64,000 bases of DNA. Source: Macrostomum lignano. Lineage: Eukaryota. Positions 1 through 25,594 of the stretch are shown one piece after another. The position numbers and the translations under genes were made by a program. Each line of letters opens with the position of its first letter. Position 1 is the stretch's first letter. A model generated the notes under the pieces. The model ran no database searches, had not been told where the DNA came from, and saw nothing but the letters and a program-made list of their open reading frames with translations. Location of the stretch: NCBI GenBank assembly GCA_002269645.1, contig NIVC01003005.1, forward strand, positions 1 to 64,000. The letters run 5' to 3'.

Positions 1-830
1 GTCACTCCAGCTCATCCAGGGTCCTTCAGGATTCCGTCACTCCAGGCTCATCCAGGTCCTTCAGGATTCCGTCACTCCAGCTCATCCAGGGTCCTTCAGG
101 ATTCCGTCACTCCAGCTCATCCAGGTCCTTCAGGATTCCGTCACTCCAGCTCATCCAGGGTCCTTCAGGATTCGTCACTCCAGCTCATCCAGGGTCCTTC
201 AGGATTCCGTCACTCCAGCTCATCCAGGGTCCTCAGGATTCCGTCACTCCAGCTCATCCAGGGTCCTTCAGGATTCCGTCACTCCAGCTCATCCAGGGTC
301 CTTCAGGATTCCGTCACTCCAGCTCATCCAGGGTCCTTCAGGATTCCGTCACTCCAGCTCATCCAGGGTCCTTCAGGATTCCGTCACTCCAGCTCATCCA
401 GGGTCCTTCAGGATTCCGTCACTCCAGCTCATCCAGGGTCCTTCAGGATTCCGTCACTCCAGCTCATCCAGGGTCCTTCAGGATTCCGTCACTCCAGCTC
501 ATCCAGGGTCCTTCAGATTCCGTCACTCCAGCTCATCCAGGGTCCTTCAGGATTCGCGTCACTCCAGCTCATCCAGGGTCCTTCAGAATTCCGTCACTCC
601 AGCTCATCCAGGGTCCTTCAAGATTCCGTCACTCCAGCTCATCCAGGGTCCTTTTCCCTCACCCCTCATCAGATTCCGTCACTCCAGCTCATCCAGGTCC
701 TTCAGATTCCGTCACTCCAGCTCATCAGGGTCCTTCAGGATTCCGTCACTCCAGCTCATCCAGGATCCTTCAAGATTCCGTCACTCCAGCTCATCCAGGG
801 TCCTTCAGGATTCCGTCACTCCCTCTCCAG
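1..830. repeat. 35-bp minisatellite GTCACTCCAGCTCATCCAGGGTCCTTCAGGATTCC (runs off the window edge)
   Basis: Direct tandem copies with scattered 1-bp indels. Confidence 0.97.
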
Positions 831-1719
831 TTCATCCAGGGTTCCTCAGGATTTCTACACAGACTCATTCCCAATGTCCAGTCTGCCCAGGTCCTTAGTA
901 CTTAAGCGGGCTATAAAACCACCCAATGACAAGGCGGTCTCATATTAGAGTCAATATCCAATATTGTTACATTCGACCACCCAATCTGCTCAACACCAGT
1001 CAGACAGACAGACTCTTTTTTGCCCAAACAATTTTTACAATGCGAGAATGACCAATTTTAGTAATAAAAAGCGAAGGAAAGGCGGGCCAGACGCTGGCAA
1101 AAGGTGTGAGAATTTTGTTTCTTTATAGGGAAACTCATCTCTGACCATTCAGCGGATGAAGTGTGCATGTGAATGTCATAGGAAACCGTGAGGTACCTGA
1201 TCCCATTATTCGCACGCAGACAGATTTCTATATTATAGCAATAGGACAAGTTCCAGTGTGCGAGAACTTATCATTGAGTGACCTTAGCAATGGTGCCCTG
1301 TGTTCTTTCTTTGCCTCTTTTTTACGATCCCATGGCCATTTTTTGGGAATCTTATAACACAACAAATCTCTGCGAGAATAAGGTTTGGAGCTTACACGGG
1401 AAATCTGAGAGTCTCTCGGAGACACTTTATGATCCCCCGCTTTTGGCGGTAGAAAAGGAAACTTCTCCCCCCCGCCACCTACCCCCGACTGGACTGGAGG
1501 AGGGGAGGGGTGATGGAGCCGGAGTGTCTGGGAGAATTCCCAGGATCTCGGCACAGTCAGCGATATGAAATATTACATGTGCGGAGGCTGACGCTTGAGG
1601 GGCCCAAATGCATGGCCTCTCAACGCCTGTGCACCACACCAAGGAGATCAACGAATCAAAACCTGGAGTAACAGCACCGCCTTGAAAACATCCGAAGTAT
1701 GAATTTGTCTCCGAAATTC

Positions 1720-2250
1720 TAATCTGAGATCCTGGATCCCGATCGCGAAATCCTGAGATCCCGATCGCGAAATCCTGAGATCCCGATCCCGAAATCCTGA
1801 GATCCCGATCCCGAAATCCTGGGATCCCGATCCCGAAATCTTGGATCCGATCCCGAAATCCTGGGATCCCGAAATCCTGGGATCCCGAAATCCTGAGATC
1901 CCGAAATCCTGGGATCCCGAAATCCTGAGATCCCGATCCGAAGTCCTGGGATCCCGATCCCGAAATCATGGGATCCCGATCCCGAAGTCCTGGGATCCCG
2001 AAATCCTGGGATCCCGAAATCCTGGATCCCTATCCCGAAATCCTGTGATCCCGATCCCGAAATCCTGGGATCCCTATCCCGAAATCCTGGGCCCCATCCC
2101 GAAATCCTGGGATCCCGATCCCGAAGTCCTGGGATCCCGATCCCGAAATCCTGGGATCCCGATCCCGAAATCCTGGGATCCCGATTCCGAAATCCCGGGA
2201 TCCTGATCCCGAAATCCTGGGATCCTGATCCCCATTCCGAAATCCTGAAA
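1720..2250. repeat. 15-22-bp minisatellite (GATCCCGATCCCGAAATCCTGG)
   Basis: Tandem units of mixed length. Confidence 0.95.
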
Positions 2251-2759
2251 AAAGGTTAATTAGTCTGAAATTGGACTCGGGGGAGGCAATCGCTATACCA
2301 GAATCTTGCTATAGCACTCTTTGGCCCACTCCTCCAGACAGCCCATTAGCACAGATATAATAGCAGGCCACCTGGTTCTAATTGCGTGCAAAGAACAAAC
2401 TCAATTCCAACTCAACATGCGCACCTGCAATTCAATTCAAAGGGAAATATCAAGCAAGCAAAGAGAAGTTGGAAGAGGCGGCAATGTTGATGCAGTAGAT
2501 TAATACAATGAAGACATTAATGTACACTTAAAAATTGAATTGAGATTTTTATGTTGGGAGTTTTACGAGTTTTGAGCATAAAATTATTTTTATTTTATTT
2601 GATTCATTTCACGTTCCTAAGATTTATTTTTTATGACAGCCTGTCTTACATAAGAATTCAGGTACAGAAATTCATATGGTGCCTCTATTCAAGCTCATTT
2701 ATTGGATATATAAACTCCCACTGATCTAATCTCTAACTTACTAATAATTAGTCTCGTTG

Positions 2760-3340
2760 ATCTAATGAGTATGTAGTGTGATCTCTCACTGATCTAATCT
2801 CACACTGATCTAATCTCTCACTGATCTAATCTCTCACTGATCTAATCGCTCGCTGATCTAATCTCTCGCTGATCTAATTTCTCACTGATCTAATCTCTCA
2901 CTGATCTCATCTCTCACTAGTCTAATCTCTCACTGATCTAATCTCTCACTTATCTAATCGCTCGCTGATCTAATTTCTCGCAGATCTAATCTATCACTGA
3001 TCTAATCTGTCACTGATCTAATCTCTTACTGATCTAATCTCCCACTGATCTAATCTCTCACTGATCTAATCTCTCACTGATCTAATCTCTTGCTGATCTA
3101 ATATCTCACTGATCTAATCTGTCACTGATCTAATTTCTCGCAGATCTAATCTTTTCTGATCTAATCTCATACTGATCTGATCTCTCATTGATCTAATGAA
3201 CCGGCTCTCGCAGAACTATTTAATCTCTCAGATTGAGCTTTCGCAGATCTAATCTCTGAACTTTCTCAGATCTAATCTCTCAATGATTCAAGGCTTCAGA
3301 ATCTGTGTTTATCTAATCTAATCTATTATTAATCTACCAA
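2760..3340. repeat. 16-bp minisatellite CTCACTGATCTAATCT
   Basis: Tandem copies decaying toward 3340. Confidence 0.93.
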
Positions 3341-3418
3341 CTGTCGCTAATCTCTCTGTCAATAGTTATTGTCTAATCAATCACAATTAAAGTAAATTAA
3401 TTAATTACCATACAACAG

Positions 3419-3723
3419 GTATTCGCATTCCTTCTGTGCTGCGGCGATCCAGGCCGAGCTCCCTGATTGGCCAGAGCTACGGCCGCCCGGGGGGAGCGGA
3501 GTGAAAAGCCCGGTTGGCCCTGAGCTCCTCCCCTCTCCTCCCGACCACGACCTCCCGCCTCAAAGCTTCAATAAGACCCTTCCGAAATATCAGTTTTTTT
3601 ACTAAAGTCTATTTCTCAGTTATATTCCGAAGGACAATTGTATGCGTGCAAACTAGCATACTCGATAGCTTTCTGCCAGTTTGAAATACCAATTTCTGCT
3701 TTTAATAAAACCATTCAAATAAG
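3419..3723 (+). other. Candidate non-coding 5' UTR exon of the nuclear receptor
   Basis: Bounded by acceptor-like CAACAG|G (3418) and a strong donor AAG|GTAAGA (3724). GC-rich core with an inverted CCAAT (CTGATTGG). The next clear acceptor is CACTGTAG| at 8107, 36 nt before the GCCATG start. Confidence 0.4.
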
Positions 3724-3789
3724 GTAAGAAGTTTCTTATTGTGCTTTTTTGCATTTGTGTATCTTTCATATATACGAACCCTGCATCCA

Positions 3790-4795
3790 TCTCCATCTAC
3801 CTCTCTCACACTCCTATCCCCATCTTTATCTCCCCTCCCATTCGTATCCCCATCTCAATCTCCATCCCTCCATCTCAATCTCCATCCCTCCATCTCAATC
3901 TCCATCCCTCCATCTCAATCTCCATCCCTCAATCTCAATCTCCATCCCTCCATCTCAATCTCCATCCCTCCATCTCAATCTCCATCCCTCCATCTCAATC
4001 TCCATCCCTCCATCTCAATCTCCATCCCCCCATCTCAATCTCCATCCCCCATTTCTATCCCCATCTCAATCCCCATCCCTCCATCTCTATCCCCATCTCA
4101 ATCTCCATCCCTCCATCTCAATCTCCATCCCCCCATCTCTATCCCCATCTCAATCTCCATCCCTCCATCTCAATCTCCATCCCTCCATCTCAATCTCCAT
4201 CCCTCCATCTCAATCCCCATCCCTCAATCTCAATCCCCATCCCTCAATCTCAATCTCCATCCCTCCATCTCAATCTCCATCCCCCATCTCTATCCCCATC
4301 TCAATCTCCATCCCTCCATCTCAATCTCCATCCCTCCATTTCAATCTCCATCCCTCCATCTCAATCCCCATCCCTCAATCTCAATCCCCATCCCTCAATC
4401 TCAATCTCCATCCCTCCATCTCAATCTCCATCCCTCCATCTCAATCTCCATCCCTCCATCTCAATCTCCATCCCTCCATCTCAATCTCCATCCCCCCATC
4501 TCAATCTCCATCTTTCCATCTCAATCTCCATCTCAATCTCCATCTCAATCTCCATCCCTCCATCTCAATCTCCATCCCTCCATCTCAATCTCCATCCCCC
4601 CATCTCAATCTCCATCCCTCCATCTCTATCCCCATCTCAATCTCCATCCCTCCATCTCAATCTCCATCCCTCCATCTCTATCTCCATCTCAATCTCCATC
4701 CCTCCATCTCAATCCCCATCTCAATCTCCATCCCTCTATCTCTATCTCCATCTCAATCCCCATCTCAATCTCCATCCCTCCATCTCAATCTCCCT
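3790..4795. repeat. 20-bp pyrimidine-rich minisatellite CCATCTCAATCTCCATCCCT
   Basis: Tandem copies; explains the spurious ORFs at 3739-4995. Confidence 0.97.
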
Positions 4796-5435
4796 CACTC
4801 TCTGAAGGGCGCTTCAGTGGCTCTGATCTATTTCTCGTTTTAATGCTCCCACCACCACCTATAGCATACATGTATAGTCTAAAATGTTTTCCTCTCAGTC
4901 TCACGCCTCCTATGCATTCCCAAATAGAATTACAGGTTCAGAGCTGCATCGCTACATATGCTTGCTACACTGGCCAAAAAAGTATCAGAAACTGACGCAA
5001 ACCAAATAATTAACAGCTAGCAGACTTAAAAGCTCATAACAGAATTTAGCACTGCTCCGAAGGCTAAACCGATCGAGGTATTGTATTTCTCTCGGAATAC
5101 AGTAGCACACAAACACACAGAATCCCCAGGAACTGTATACTTCATTTCCTCATTTGGGAAAAATATCCGTATACCCAACACTCTGCAGAGAGTGTGCGCT
5201 CTTCAGATGCAGTATGTTAATGAAATCTGATCCTTTTGTTCGAAGAAGTTGTGTCAGTGACTAATAACAGTATAATACTATACAACGGTTACGATATATA
5301 GAATTGCCACAATATTCTTCTTGATGCGGTGGGTTGAGTTTTATATATACATGTGAACCAACACTTTTACCCTGCGTGTGGGTGGCTGCTAGATTTATTA
5401 TTTAGCTAAATTTGGTGCTGTGCTGTCTGTCAGGC

Positions 5436-6505
5436 TGTGGTGAAGTTTCGGGGGGGGGTTGTGGTGAAGTTTCGGGGGGGGGGTTGTGGTGAAGTTTCGG
5501 GGGTTGTGGTGAAGTTTCGGTGGGGATTGGAAGTTTCGGGGGGGGGTTGTGGTGAAGTTTCGGGGGGTTGTGGTGAAGTTTCGGGGGGGGGGGTTGTGGT
5601 GAAGTTTCGGTGGGGATTGGAAGTTTCGGGGGATTGTGGTGAAGTTTCGGGGGGGATTATGGTGAAGTTTCGGTGGGGGGGTTGTGGTGAAGTTTCGGTG
5701 GGGATTGTGGTGAAGTTTCGGTGGGGATTGTGGTGAAGTTTCGGTGGGGGTTGTGCTGAAGTTTCGGTGGGGGATTGTGGTGAAGTTTCGGGGGGTTGTG
5801 GTGAAGTTTCGGTGGGGGTTGTGGTGAAGTTTCGGTGGGGATTGTGGTGAAGTTTCGGTGGGGGATTGTGGTGAAGTTTCGGTGGGGGGTTGTGCTGAAG
5901 TTTCGGTGGGGGATTGTGGTGAAGTTTCGGGGGGTTGTGGTGAAGTTTCGGTGGGGGGGGGGTTGTGGTGAAGTTTCGGTGGGGATTGTGCTGAAGTTTC
6001 GGTGGGGGATTGTGGTGAAGTTTCGGGGGTTGTGGTGAAGTTTCGGTGGGGGGGGGTTGTGGTGAAGTTTCGGTGGGGGATTGTGCTGAAGTTTCGGGGG
6101 GATTGTGGTGAAGTTTCGGTGGGGGTTGTGCTGAAGTTTCGGTGGGGATTGTGGTGAAGTTTCGGGGGGTTGTGGTGAAGTTTCGGTGGGGGGGGTTGTG
6201 GTGAAGTTTCGGTGGGGATTGTGGTGAAGTTTCGGTGGGGGATTGTGCTGAAGTTTCGGTGGGGGATTGTGGTGAAGTTTCGGGGGGTTGTGGTGAAGTT
6301 TCGGGGGTTGTGGTGAAGTTTCGGTGGGGATTGTGGTGAAGTTTCGGGGGGATTGTGGTGAAGTTTCGGGGGGGATTGTGGTGAAGTTTCGGGGGGGGGT
6401 TGTGGTGAAGTTTCGGGGGGATTGTGGTGAAGTTTCAGGGGGGATTGTGGTGAAGTTTCGTGGGGGATTGTGGTGAAGTTTCGGTGGGGGGTTGTGCTGA
6501 AGTTG
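5436..6505. repeat. G-rich minisatellite TTGTGGTGAAGTTTCGG(T)Gn
   Basis: Units of about 21-27 bp with variable G runs. Confidence 0.97.
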
Positions 6506-7179
6506 CAAAACTTAAGCTTATAGTTTAGCCTGCAGAAGTGGCCACTTCTCACTGTGGTAGGTTTGTCTTAATTCTACAATTTAAAAACGGTTATAAAGTC
6601 GGACATCCCGTTTGAAGCGCCCCCACGCCTCCTACAGGCCACGCAATTTTTAGGGGCACCTGCAATTTTCCAAAGAATCCAACTTTGAAATCGCAGCGGG
6701 TTTATAGCCACCTCCTAATATAAAAAAACAGCTAGATAGATATATTGGAAATTGGCTGAGTGACTGAGTGTGAGTCGGCATTATACTCGTAAAATGACGA
6801 ATGCATTGCTCAAGTTGACTCTGGCCCAGATACCGGCTACACTCTCTCTTTCATTCGGTTTCTTCGTATTGGCAAAATTTGAATTATGAGGCTTCAAAGC
6901 GGCTCTCTTGCAGTACGAAAACCCAAGGCGTCGCAAAAATCACGATCCCAAAAAGCTGCCCCATGAAACTAGACAATAAATTTTAACTGTTTCTCGTGAC
7001 TGCTCAGGGCTCACGTGGCCCGTGCGGTGGAATAGCAAATCGCTTCACTATAGGCAGACGAACTTGCGAAACATTGAGGATTTTGACTATTCAGAACTTC
7101 TCTCTTTTCTCTTTTGGGAATTTAGTCTTTTGAAATAACTGATTTTTCTCGTTATATGAATCCTTTCCTTAAATCTCAC

Positions 7180-8100
7180 GCCCAGATCTCGATCTCACTC
7201 TTAGATTTTGATCTCACCCCTAGATCTCGATCTCACCCTTAGATTTTGATCTCACCCTATATCTCTATTAAACCTAGATCTCTATCTCACCTAAATCTCT
7301 ATCTCAGCTAGATCTCATCTCAGCTAGATCTCTATCTCACCTAGAACTCTATTTCACCTAAATCTCTATCACGCCTAGATCTCTATCTCACCTAGATCTC
7401 TATCTCACCTAGATCTCTATCACACCTAGATCTCTATCTCACCTAGATCTCTATCACACCTAGATCTCTATCTCACCTAGATCTCTATCTCACCTAGATC
7501 TCTATCCCACCTAGATCTCTATCACACCTAGATCTCTCTCTCACCTAGATCTCTCTCTCACCTAGATCTCTATCACACTTAGATTTCTATCTCTATCTTT
7601 AGCTATCTTATCTCACCTAGATCTCTATCTCACCTAGATCTCTATCTCACCTAGATCTCTATCTCACCTAGATCTCTCTCTCAGCTAGATCTCATCTCAG
7701 CTAGATCTCTATCTCACCTAGAACTCTATTTCACCTAAATCTCTATCACGCCTAGATCTCTATCTCACCTAGATCTCTATCTCACCTAGATCTCTATCAC
7801 ACCTAGATCTCTATCTCACCTAGATCTCTATCACACTTAGATTTCTATCTCTATCTTTAGCTATCTTATCTCACCTAGATCTCTATCACGCCTAGATCTC
7901 TATCTCACCTAGATCTTTATCTCACCTAGATCTCTATCTCACCTAGATCTCTATCTCACCTAGATCTCTATCTCACCTAGATCTCTATCACACCTAGATC
8001 TCTCTCTCACCTAGATCTCTCTCTCACCTAGGTCTCTATCACACTTAGATTTCTATCTCTATCTTTAGCTATCTTATCTCACCTAGATCTCTATCTCACC
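7180..8100. repeat. 17-bp minisatellite CTAGATCTCTATCTCAC
   Basis: Tandem copies ending at the 8107 splice acceptor. Confidence 0.97.
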
Positions 8101-8143
8101 ACTGTAGGACACCGCGGAGCGCCAGAGCAGTCCTGAAGCTGCC

Positions 8144-19966
<11,823 letters not shown>

Positions 19967-20814
19967 CAGACCGCCTCAAATTGATATTGTTATAATCGAC
20001 GATAATTGTTCACACAGACACAAAATTGATGTTTTCCAATTTTGTTGTAACATTGCGCCCTTGTTATTGTCTGGCTGTTGTCAGTTTTGGTTTGACTCTG
20101 TAATATTTGTTGTTTTATGTGAATTGTTTATCAGCATTGCTGCGCCCATTTGTTAAATAATGCATCAAATATCTCTAGTTCGAGATAATTAGACAAGCCC
20201 TACTACTCTACTGTTAGTAGGCGAGTAAGGAATTTTCGCGTAGAAATTTAACTGCGTGTAAAACTGGTATTGGTTTATCATACTGTTATTTAATTACCAC
20301 GGTAAGTGGCCCAGTATAATTTAATTTTATTGCAATTAAAACTTTTCTGTCTTACCTTGAAACAATTAATTCTTACATTTAAACCACTGCTTGCCACAAA
20401 GAAAAGGCAGTTTTATTATTATTTTTACATACTGTTTAAATTAATATAAGGAATCCAATTGCGTCCGCCGCCCCCCCTCTCCCTCAAAAATCTGAACGGC
20501 TTACTCCCAGCAACATTTTCTCAATTGTTTTTTCAGGTCGAAACAGCCAGTGCGTTTTTATAATATTGAGTGGCTACCCTGTTTAATATTGGCTTTGTTT
20601 CTGTTTGCTTTTGTGAGTCTCTCTGCTTTTGTTTGTTTGTTTGTTTCATTTACTAATATCATATCGTATCTCAGTTGCTTTAAAATTGGCTTAATTAATG
20701 AGGTATTTATAGTGCAATGGCAAATACACTGCAATGCCCCGATGAATCTTCATGGCAGTTCGAGACCAGTTCGCCTGCACCTATTGAACCCACGGCTAGC
20801 AAGAATTTGCATTG

Positions 20815-22055
20815 GATTTAGGGATAATGAATCTGGATTTAGGGATAATGAATCTGGATGTAAGGATAATGAATCTTGATATAGGGATAATGAATTTGGA
20901 TATAGGGATAATGAATCTGGATATAGGAACAATGAATCTGGATATGGGGATACTGAATCTGGATAAATGAATCTGGATATAGGGATAATGAATCTGGATA
21001 TAAGGATAATGAATCTTGATATAGGGATAATGAATCTGGATATAGGGATAATGAATCTGGATATAGGGATAATGAATCTGGATATAGGAACAATGAATCT
21101 GGATATGGGGATACTGAATCTGGATAAATGAATCTGGATATAGGGATAATGAATCTGGATATAAGGATAATGAATCTTGATATAGGGATAATGAATCTGG
21201 ATATAGGGATAATGAATCTGGATATAGGAACAATGAATCTGGATATGGGATACTGAATCTGGATAAATGAATCTGGATATAGGGATAATGAATCTGGATA
21301 TAAGGATAGTGAATCTGGATATAGGGATAATGAATCTGGATATAGGGATAATGAATCTGGATTTAGGGATAATGAATCAGGATATAGGGATAATGAATCT
21401 GGATATAGGGATAATGAATCTGGATGTAAGGATAGTGAATCTGGATATAAGGATAATGAATCTGGATATAGGGATCATGAATCTGGATGTAGGGATAATG
21501 AATCTGGATATAGGAATAATGAATCTGGATATGGGGATACTGAATCTAGATAAATGAATCTGGATATAAGGATAGTGAATCTGGATATAAGGATAATGAA
21601 TCTGGATATAGGGATAATGAATCTGGATATAGGAATAATGAATCTGGATATAAGGATAATGAATCTGGATATAGGGATAATGAATCTGGATATAGGGATG
21701 CTGAATCTGGATATAGGGATAATGAATCTGTATATAAGGATAATGAATCTTGATATAGGGATAACGAATCTGGATATAGGGATGCTGAATCTGGATATAG
21801 GGATAATGAATCTGGATATAAGGATAATGAATTTCGATATAAGGATAATGAATCTGGATATAAGGATAGTGAATCTTGATATAGGGATAATGAGTCTGTA
21901 TATAGGGATAATGAATCTGGATATAACGATAATGAATCTGTAATATAAGGATAGTGAATCTGGATATAAGGATAATGAATCTGGATATACGGATAATGAG
22001 TCTGGATATAGGGATAATGAATCTGGATATAGGGATAATGAATCTGGATATAGGG
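20815..22055. repeat. 21-bp minisatellite ATAGGGATAATGAATCTGGAT
   Basis: Tandem copies with higher-order variants. Confidence 0.97.
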
Positions 22056-22796
22056 ACAATAAATAAACTCAAATTAAATTGAATAGGATCAAGTTGAATT
22101 GAATAAAAGCTGGCAAAGTCACCCGCAAAATTGGGGCAGGCGGTTTTGATTTGCTTAATTTTGACCAAACAGCCAGCGCTGAAGAAACTCCAACCTGAGC
22201 ACGCCAAACTCCTCCACAAAACATCCAATTAACAATGCAGTCAATCAGTCAGCTTCTGACAGGGTTATCAACAAACTGTGGAGCAAAAACTGATTTGGTA
22301 TTTTTTTTCAAGTCAAGAGCCGGCAAAGTCAGCTCAAGGGCTGCATAGCAACCAAACGGTCCAGACGAACTGAATCCTGCAAGCCGCCTGGTGACGCAAA
22401 GCAGCGCCCTTATCAACCAGATAAAATATAATAATAAACTCGCAATATCAAAAAATTCAACACAGCGGCTTCAATATTGATGATTAGCAAATTATCCAAC
22501 TTCCTTTTTTGGTCACCGTTCTGACTTGGCGACTTGAGACTACAGATTTGAGATTAGACCGTGGGTCCGAAAGCTAAAACAAGCCCCTACTCAGACTCGA
22601 CAAACTCAGTTAATTATTGATGATCCTACCGAGATGCGTGCAGCTCAACAACACTCGACAAAGTTTGCCTGTTAGGTAGATTTGGAGCATGAGCTTTTCG
22701 GGCATAAAAGCAAAGATGGATTCGCACCGACTCTGCCGGTTGCCAGCCTGAGAGTTGAACTCATCCATCAGCACCAGTTAATATTCTCGCTAAACT

Positions 22797-23399
22797 ATGC
22801 AACGAGTGACCGCATCCCGTCTGATGGCCCTCATGGCGCCCATCCTAGTCCTGACCATCGTGCAGGCGGCTGCGCTGGCTCACGGATCTCCAACGGAGCA
22901 GCAGCAGCATCGTGCCGTAAGTGACACCCATCCTCTCTCTGTCGAAACCAATCCCCAACATTCGTCACTCTCTCGTCTGCAGTCGAGACTCCGTCGCGAC
23001 GTTCCCGACATCCTCCTGCCGGACGTTCTTCACGATGGACGTCGGAAGCGCGGCATTCCGGCCGCGACTGCCAGCCGGCCCGGCCGGTCCTGCGTCAAAC
23101 TCGACGAGGCCGCCTTGCAAGAGTTAGCCAGACTGCTCAACGACGCTGAGTTGTCGCAGGCGGCGCCGACAAGTCTGGCTAAGCGCTTCTTTGACAGCCT
23201 GGTCCGCCCGGTCCCCATCAACAACGGGCGCAGGAAGCGATTCCTGGACAGCCTCGTGCCCGCCAGGTCAATCTACAACGGCAAGCGGAAGAGATTCTAC
23301 GACAGTCTGGTCAGGCCAAGCTCGTTCTTCAATCGGGCCGCTCGTCGAATGGCCAGAGGCGACTTGGTCAGGGATGGAGAGGCTTGGTGCCCGATTTGA
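22797..23399 (+). CDS. Neuropeptide/prohormone precursor, single coding exon, family unassigned
   Basis: Hydrophobic signal-peptide-like N-terminus (MALMAPILVLTIVQAAALAHG). Basic cleavage sites RR, RRKR, KR and KRKR flank DVPDILLPDVLHD-G, FFDSLVRPVPINN-G, FLDSLVPARSIYN-G and FYDSLVRPSSFFN; Gly before the basic sites indicates amidation. Confidence 0.85.
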   Translation: MQRVTASRLMALMAPILVLTIVQAAALAHGSPTEQQQHRAVSDTHPLSVETNPQHSSLSRLQSRLRRDVPDILLPDVLHDGRRKRGIPAATASRPGRSCVKLDEAALQELARLLNDAELSQAAPTSLAKRFFDSLVRPVPINNGRRKRFLDSLVPARSIYNGKRKRFYDSLVRPSSFFNRAARRMARGDLVRDGEAWCPI

Positions 23400-23904
23400 A
23401 TGTTGACGCGCAGTAGATTTTGACCAATATTTGAAAAATTGAAAAAACTTTGCGAATTTCATTGGAAATAAATCTGCCGATAAAACCACATTTATTGATC
23501 TCCTTCAGTCTTCAACCCATAGGAGTTGCCGGAAAGTTACGGCGAAAGATATTCATTTTGTTGCGTATCAATTGCTACTGATAGTAGCTTGAATTGAATG
23601 CTTAAAACCAGAGCTATAGCTTTGTTTCTCGGTCTCTTTGAAAAGAGCATCGAACTGACTTTGCGGGCTGCCTTTCGCTCTGTAGGTCAAGGCTCTGCCC
23701 GTAAGCACTGCGCAAAGACTCTAGCGGATACTTTTACAACCGCTCTAATACTAAAAGTATTAATTAGGTGGCAGGGGACAGGGGGGACATTCCCCCCTCA
23801 GTAACAGCTATGGGGGACATGCCAATGCTTTGGCAACCCGCCCCACCTTGTCAACCGTTATGGAAATCAACAGTTTTGCTTCAGGGTGCCAAAAAAGCGC
23901 CTTC

Positions 23905-24750
23905 GGCCTCGGCGCCAAAATGAGGGCCTGGCTGCGGCGCTAAAATGAGTGCCTGCGGCGCCAAAATGAGTGCCTGGCATGGCTGCCGTGTCAAAATGAG
24001 TGCCTGGCTGCGGCGCCAAAATGAGTGCCTGCGGCGCCAAAATGAGTTGCCTGGCTGCGGCGCTAAAATGAGTTGCCTGGCTGCGGCGCTAAAATGAGTG
24101 CCTGCGGCGCCAAAATGAGTGCCTGGCTGCGGCGCTAAAATGAGTGCCTGCGGCGCCGAAATGAGTTGCCTGGCTGCAGCGCTAAAATGAGTGCCTGGCT
24201 GCAGCGCTAAAATGAGTGCCTGCGGCGCCAAAATGAGTGCCTGGCTGCAGCGCTAAAATGAGTGCCTGCGGCGCCGAAATGAGTTGCCTGGCTGCGGCGC
24301 TAAAATGAGTGCCTGCGGCGCCAAAATGAGTGCCTGGCTGCGGCGCTAAAATGAGTGCCTGCGGCGCCGAAATGAGTTGCCTGGCTGCGGCGCTAAAATG
24401 AGTGCCTGCGGCGCCAAAATGAGTGCCTGGCTGCGGCGCTAAAATGAGTGCCTGCGGCGCCGAAATGAGTTGCCTGGCTGCGGCGCTAAAATGAGTGCCT
24501 GCGGCGCCAAAATGAGTGCCTGGCTGCGGCGCTAAAATGAGTGCCTGCGGCGCCAAAATGAGTTGCCTGGCGGCGGCGCTAAAATAAGTGCCTGGCTGCG
24601 GCGCTAAAATGAGTGCCTGGCTGCGGCGCTAAAATTAGTGCCTGCGGCGCCAAAATGAGTGCCTGCCGCGCCAAAATGAGTTGCCTGCGGCGCCAAAATG
24701 AGTGCCTGCGGCGCCAAAATGAGTTGCCTGCCTGTGGGGCGCCAAAGTAA
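23905..24750. repeat. 21/25-bp minisatellite GCGGCGC(C/T)AAAATGAGTGCCT(GGCT)
   Basis: Alternating unit lengths. Confidence 0.96.
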
Positions 24751-25594
24751 GTGCCAACATGATTCCCAAAACAATATAGGAATTTTGTTATGTCGAATTC
24801 TTTGCTATGAATAAATAAGCTGATAATATATTTTATTTACTTAGTGCAAGGAATCTTGCCAGGAAATAAACGCACACACAGACATCTGACTTTGCACAGT
24901 AGTATGAATGCACATAATTTCAATATTCGGGAAAAAATAAGATAAAATGACACGCAAACAAAGATTTATAGACAAACATTTTCCCTACACAAATAGACTT
25001 CAGGCTACTTGAACGCACACAATTTAATAAATGGATTGCGCAAAAATTGCAATAACGGAATAACACAAAATAAAGTACATCGAGTCCCAGAAAACCGAAA
25101 AAAAAACAGAGGGAACAGATTGGTAGGACATGGAAATTGGTTTCAATAAAAAATGGATTTTTATAACGACAAAGAAATATTGAGGAAAACACAATATTTT
25201 CAAATTTGACTAGAAGGACACGAGGTGACAAGATAAATATTTGATTCTATATTAGAGGTTAAATATATTGAAAATACACACATTTGGAATTGTTTTTTGC
25301 TATATTTAAAAAAACCCTGACCCCAATTCAACTTTAAAAAATGCGAGCACTAAAAGTAGTTGTACAATTTTGTTTAAATAATCTGCATTTACGAAAAAGA
25401 CAACAGACAAAAAAGCTACCGCGGCCTTTTGCTTTACGACACAACCGAAAATTTAAAGCCGATTAAATAAATCAATAAATGAAATTTGCGAGTCCAATTG
25501 GCCGATTTTAACTAATTGTAGGATTGGGTTGTGCTTTTTAAAAAACTATTTCATAGATATTAATATGTGAAGGCATTCACGTCGAAGCGAGAAA

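Noticed and set aside
3739-6552. Long ORFs (350-420 aa) of Pro/Ser/His or Thr/Pro repeats
   Set aside because: Open in several frames only because the minisatellite units lack stop codons; no splice or domain support.
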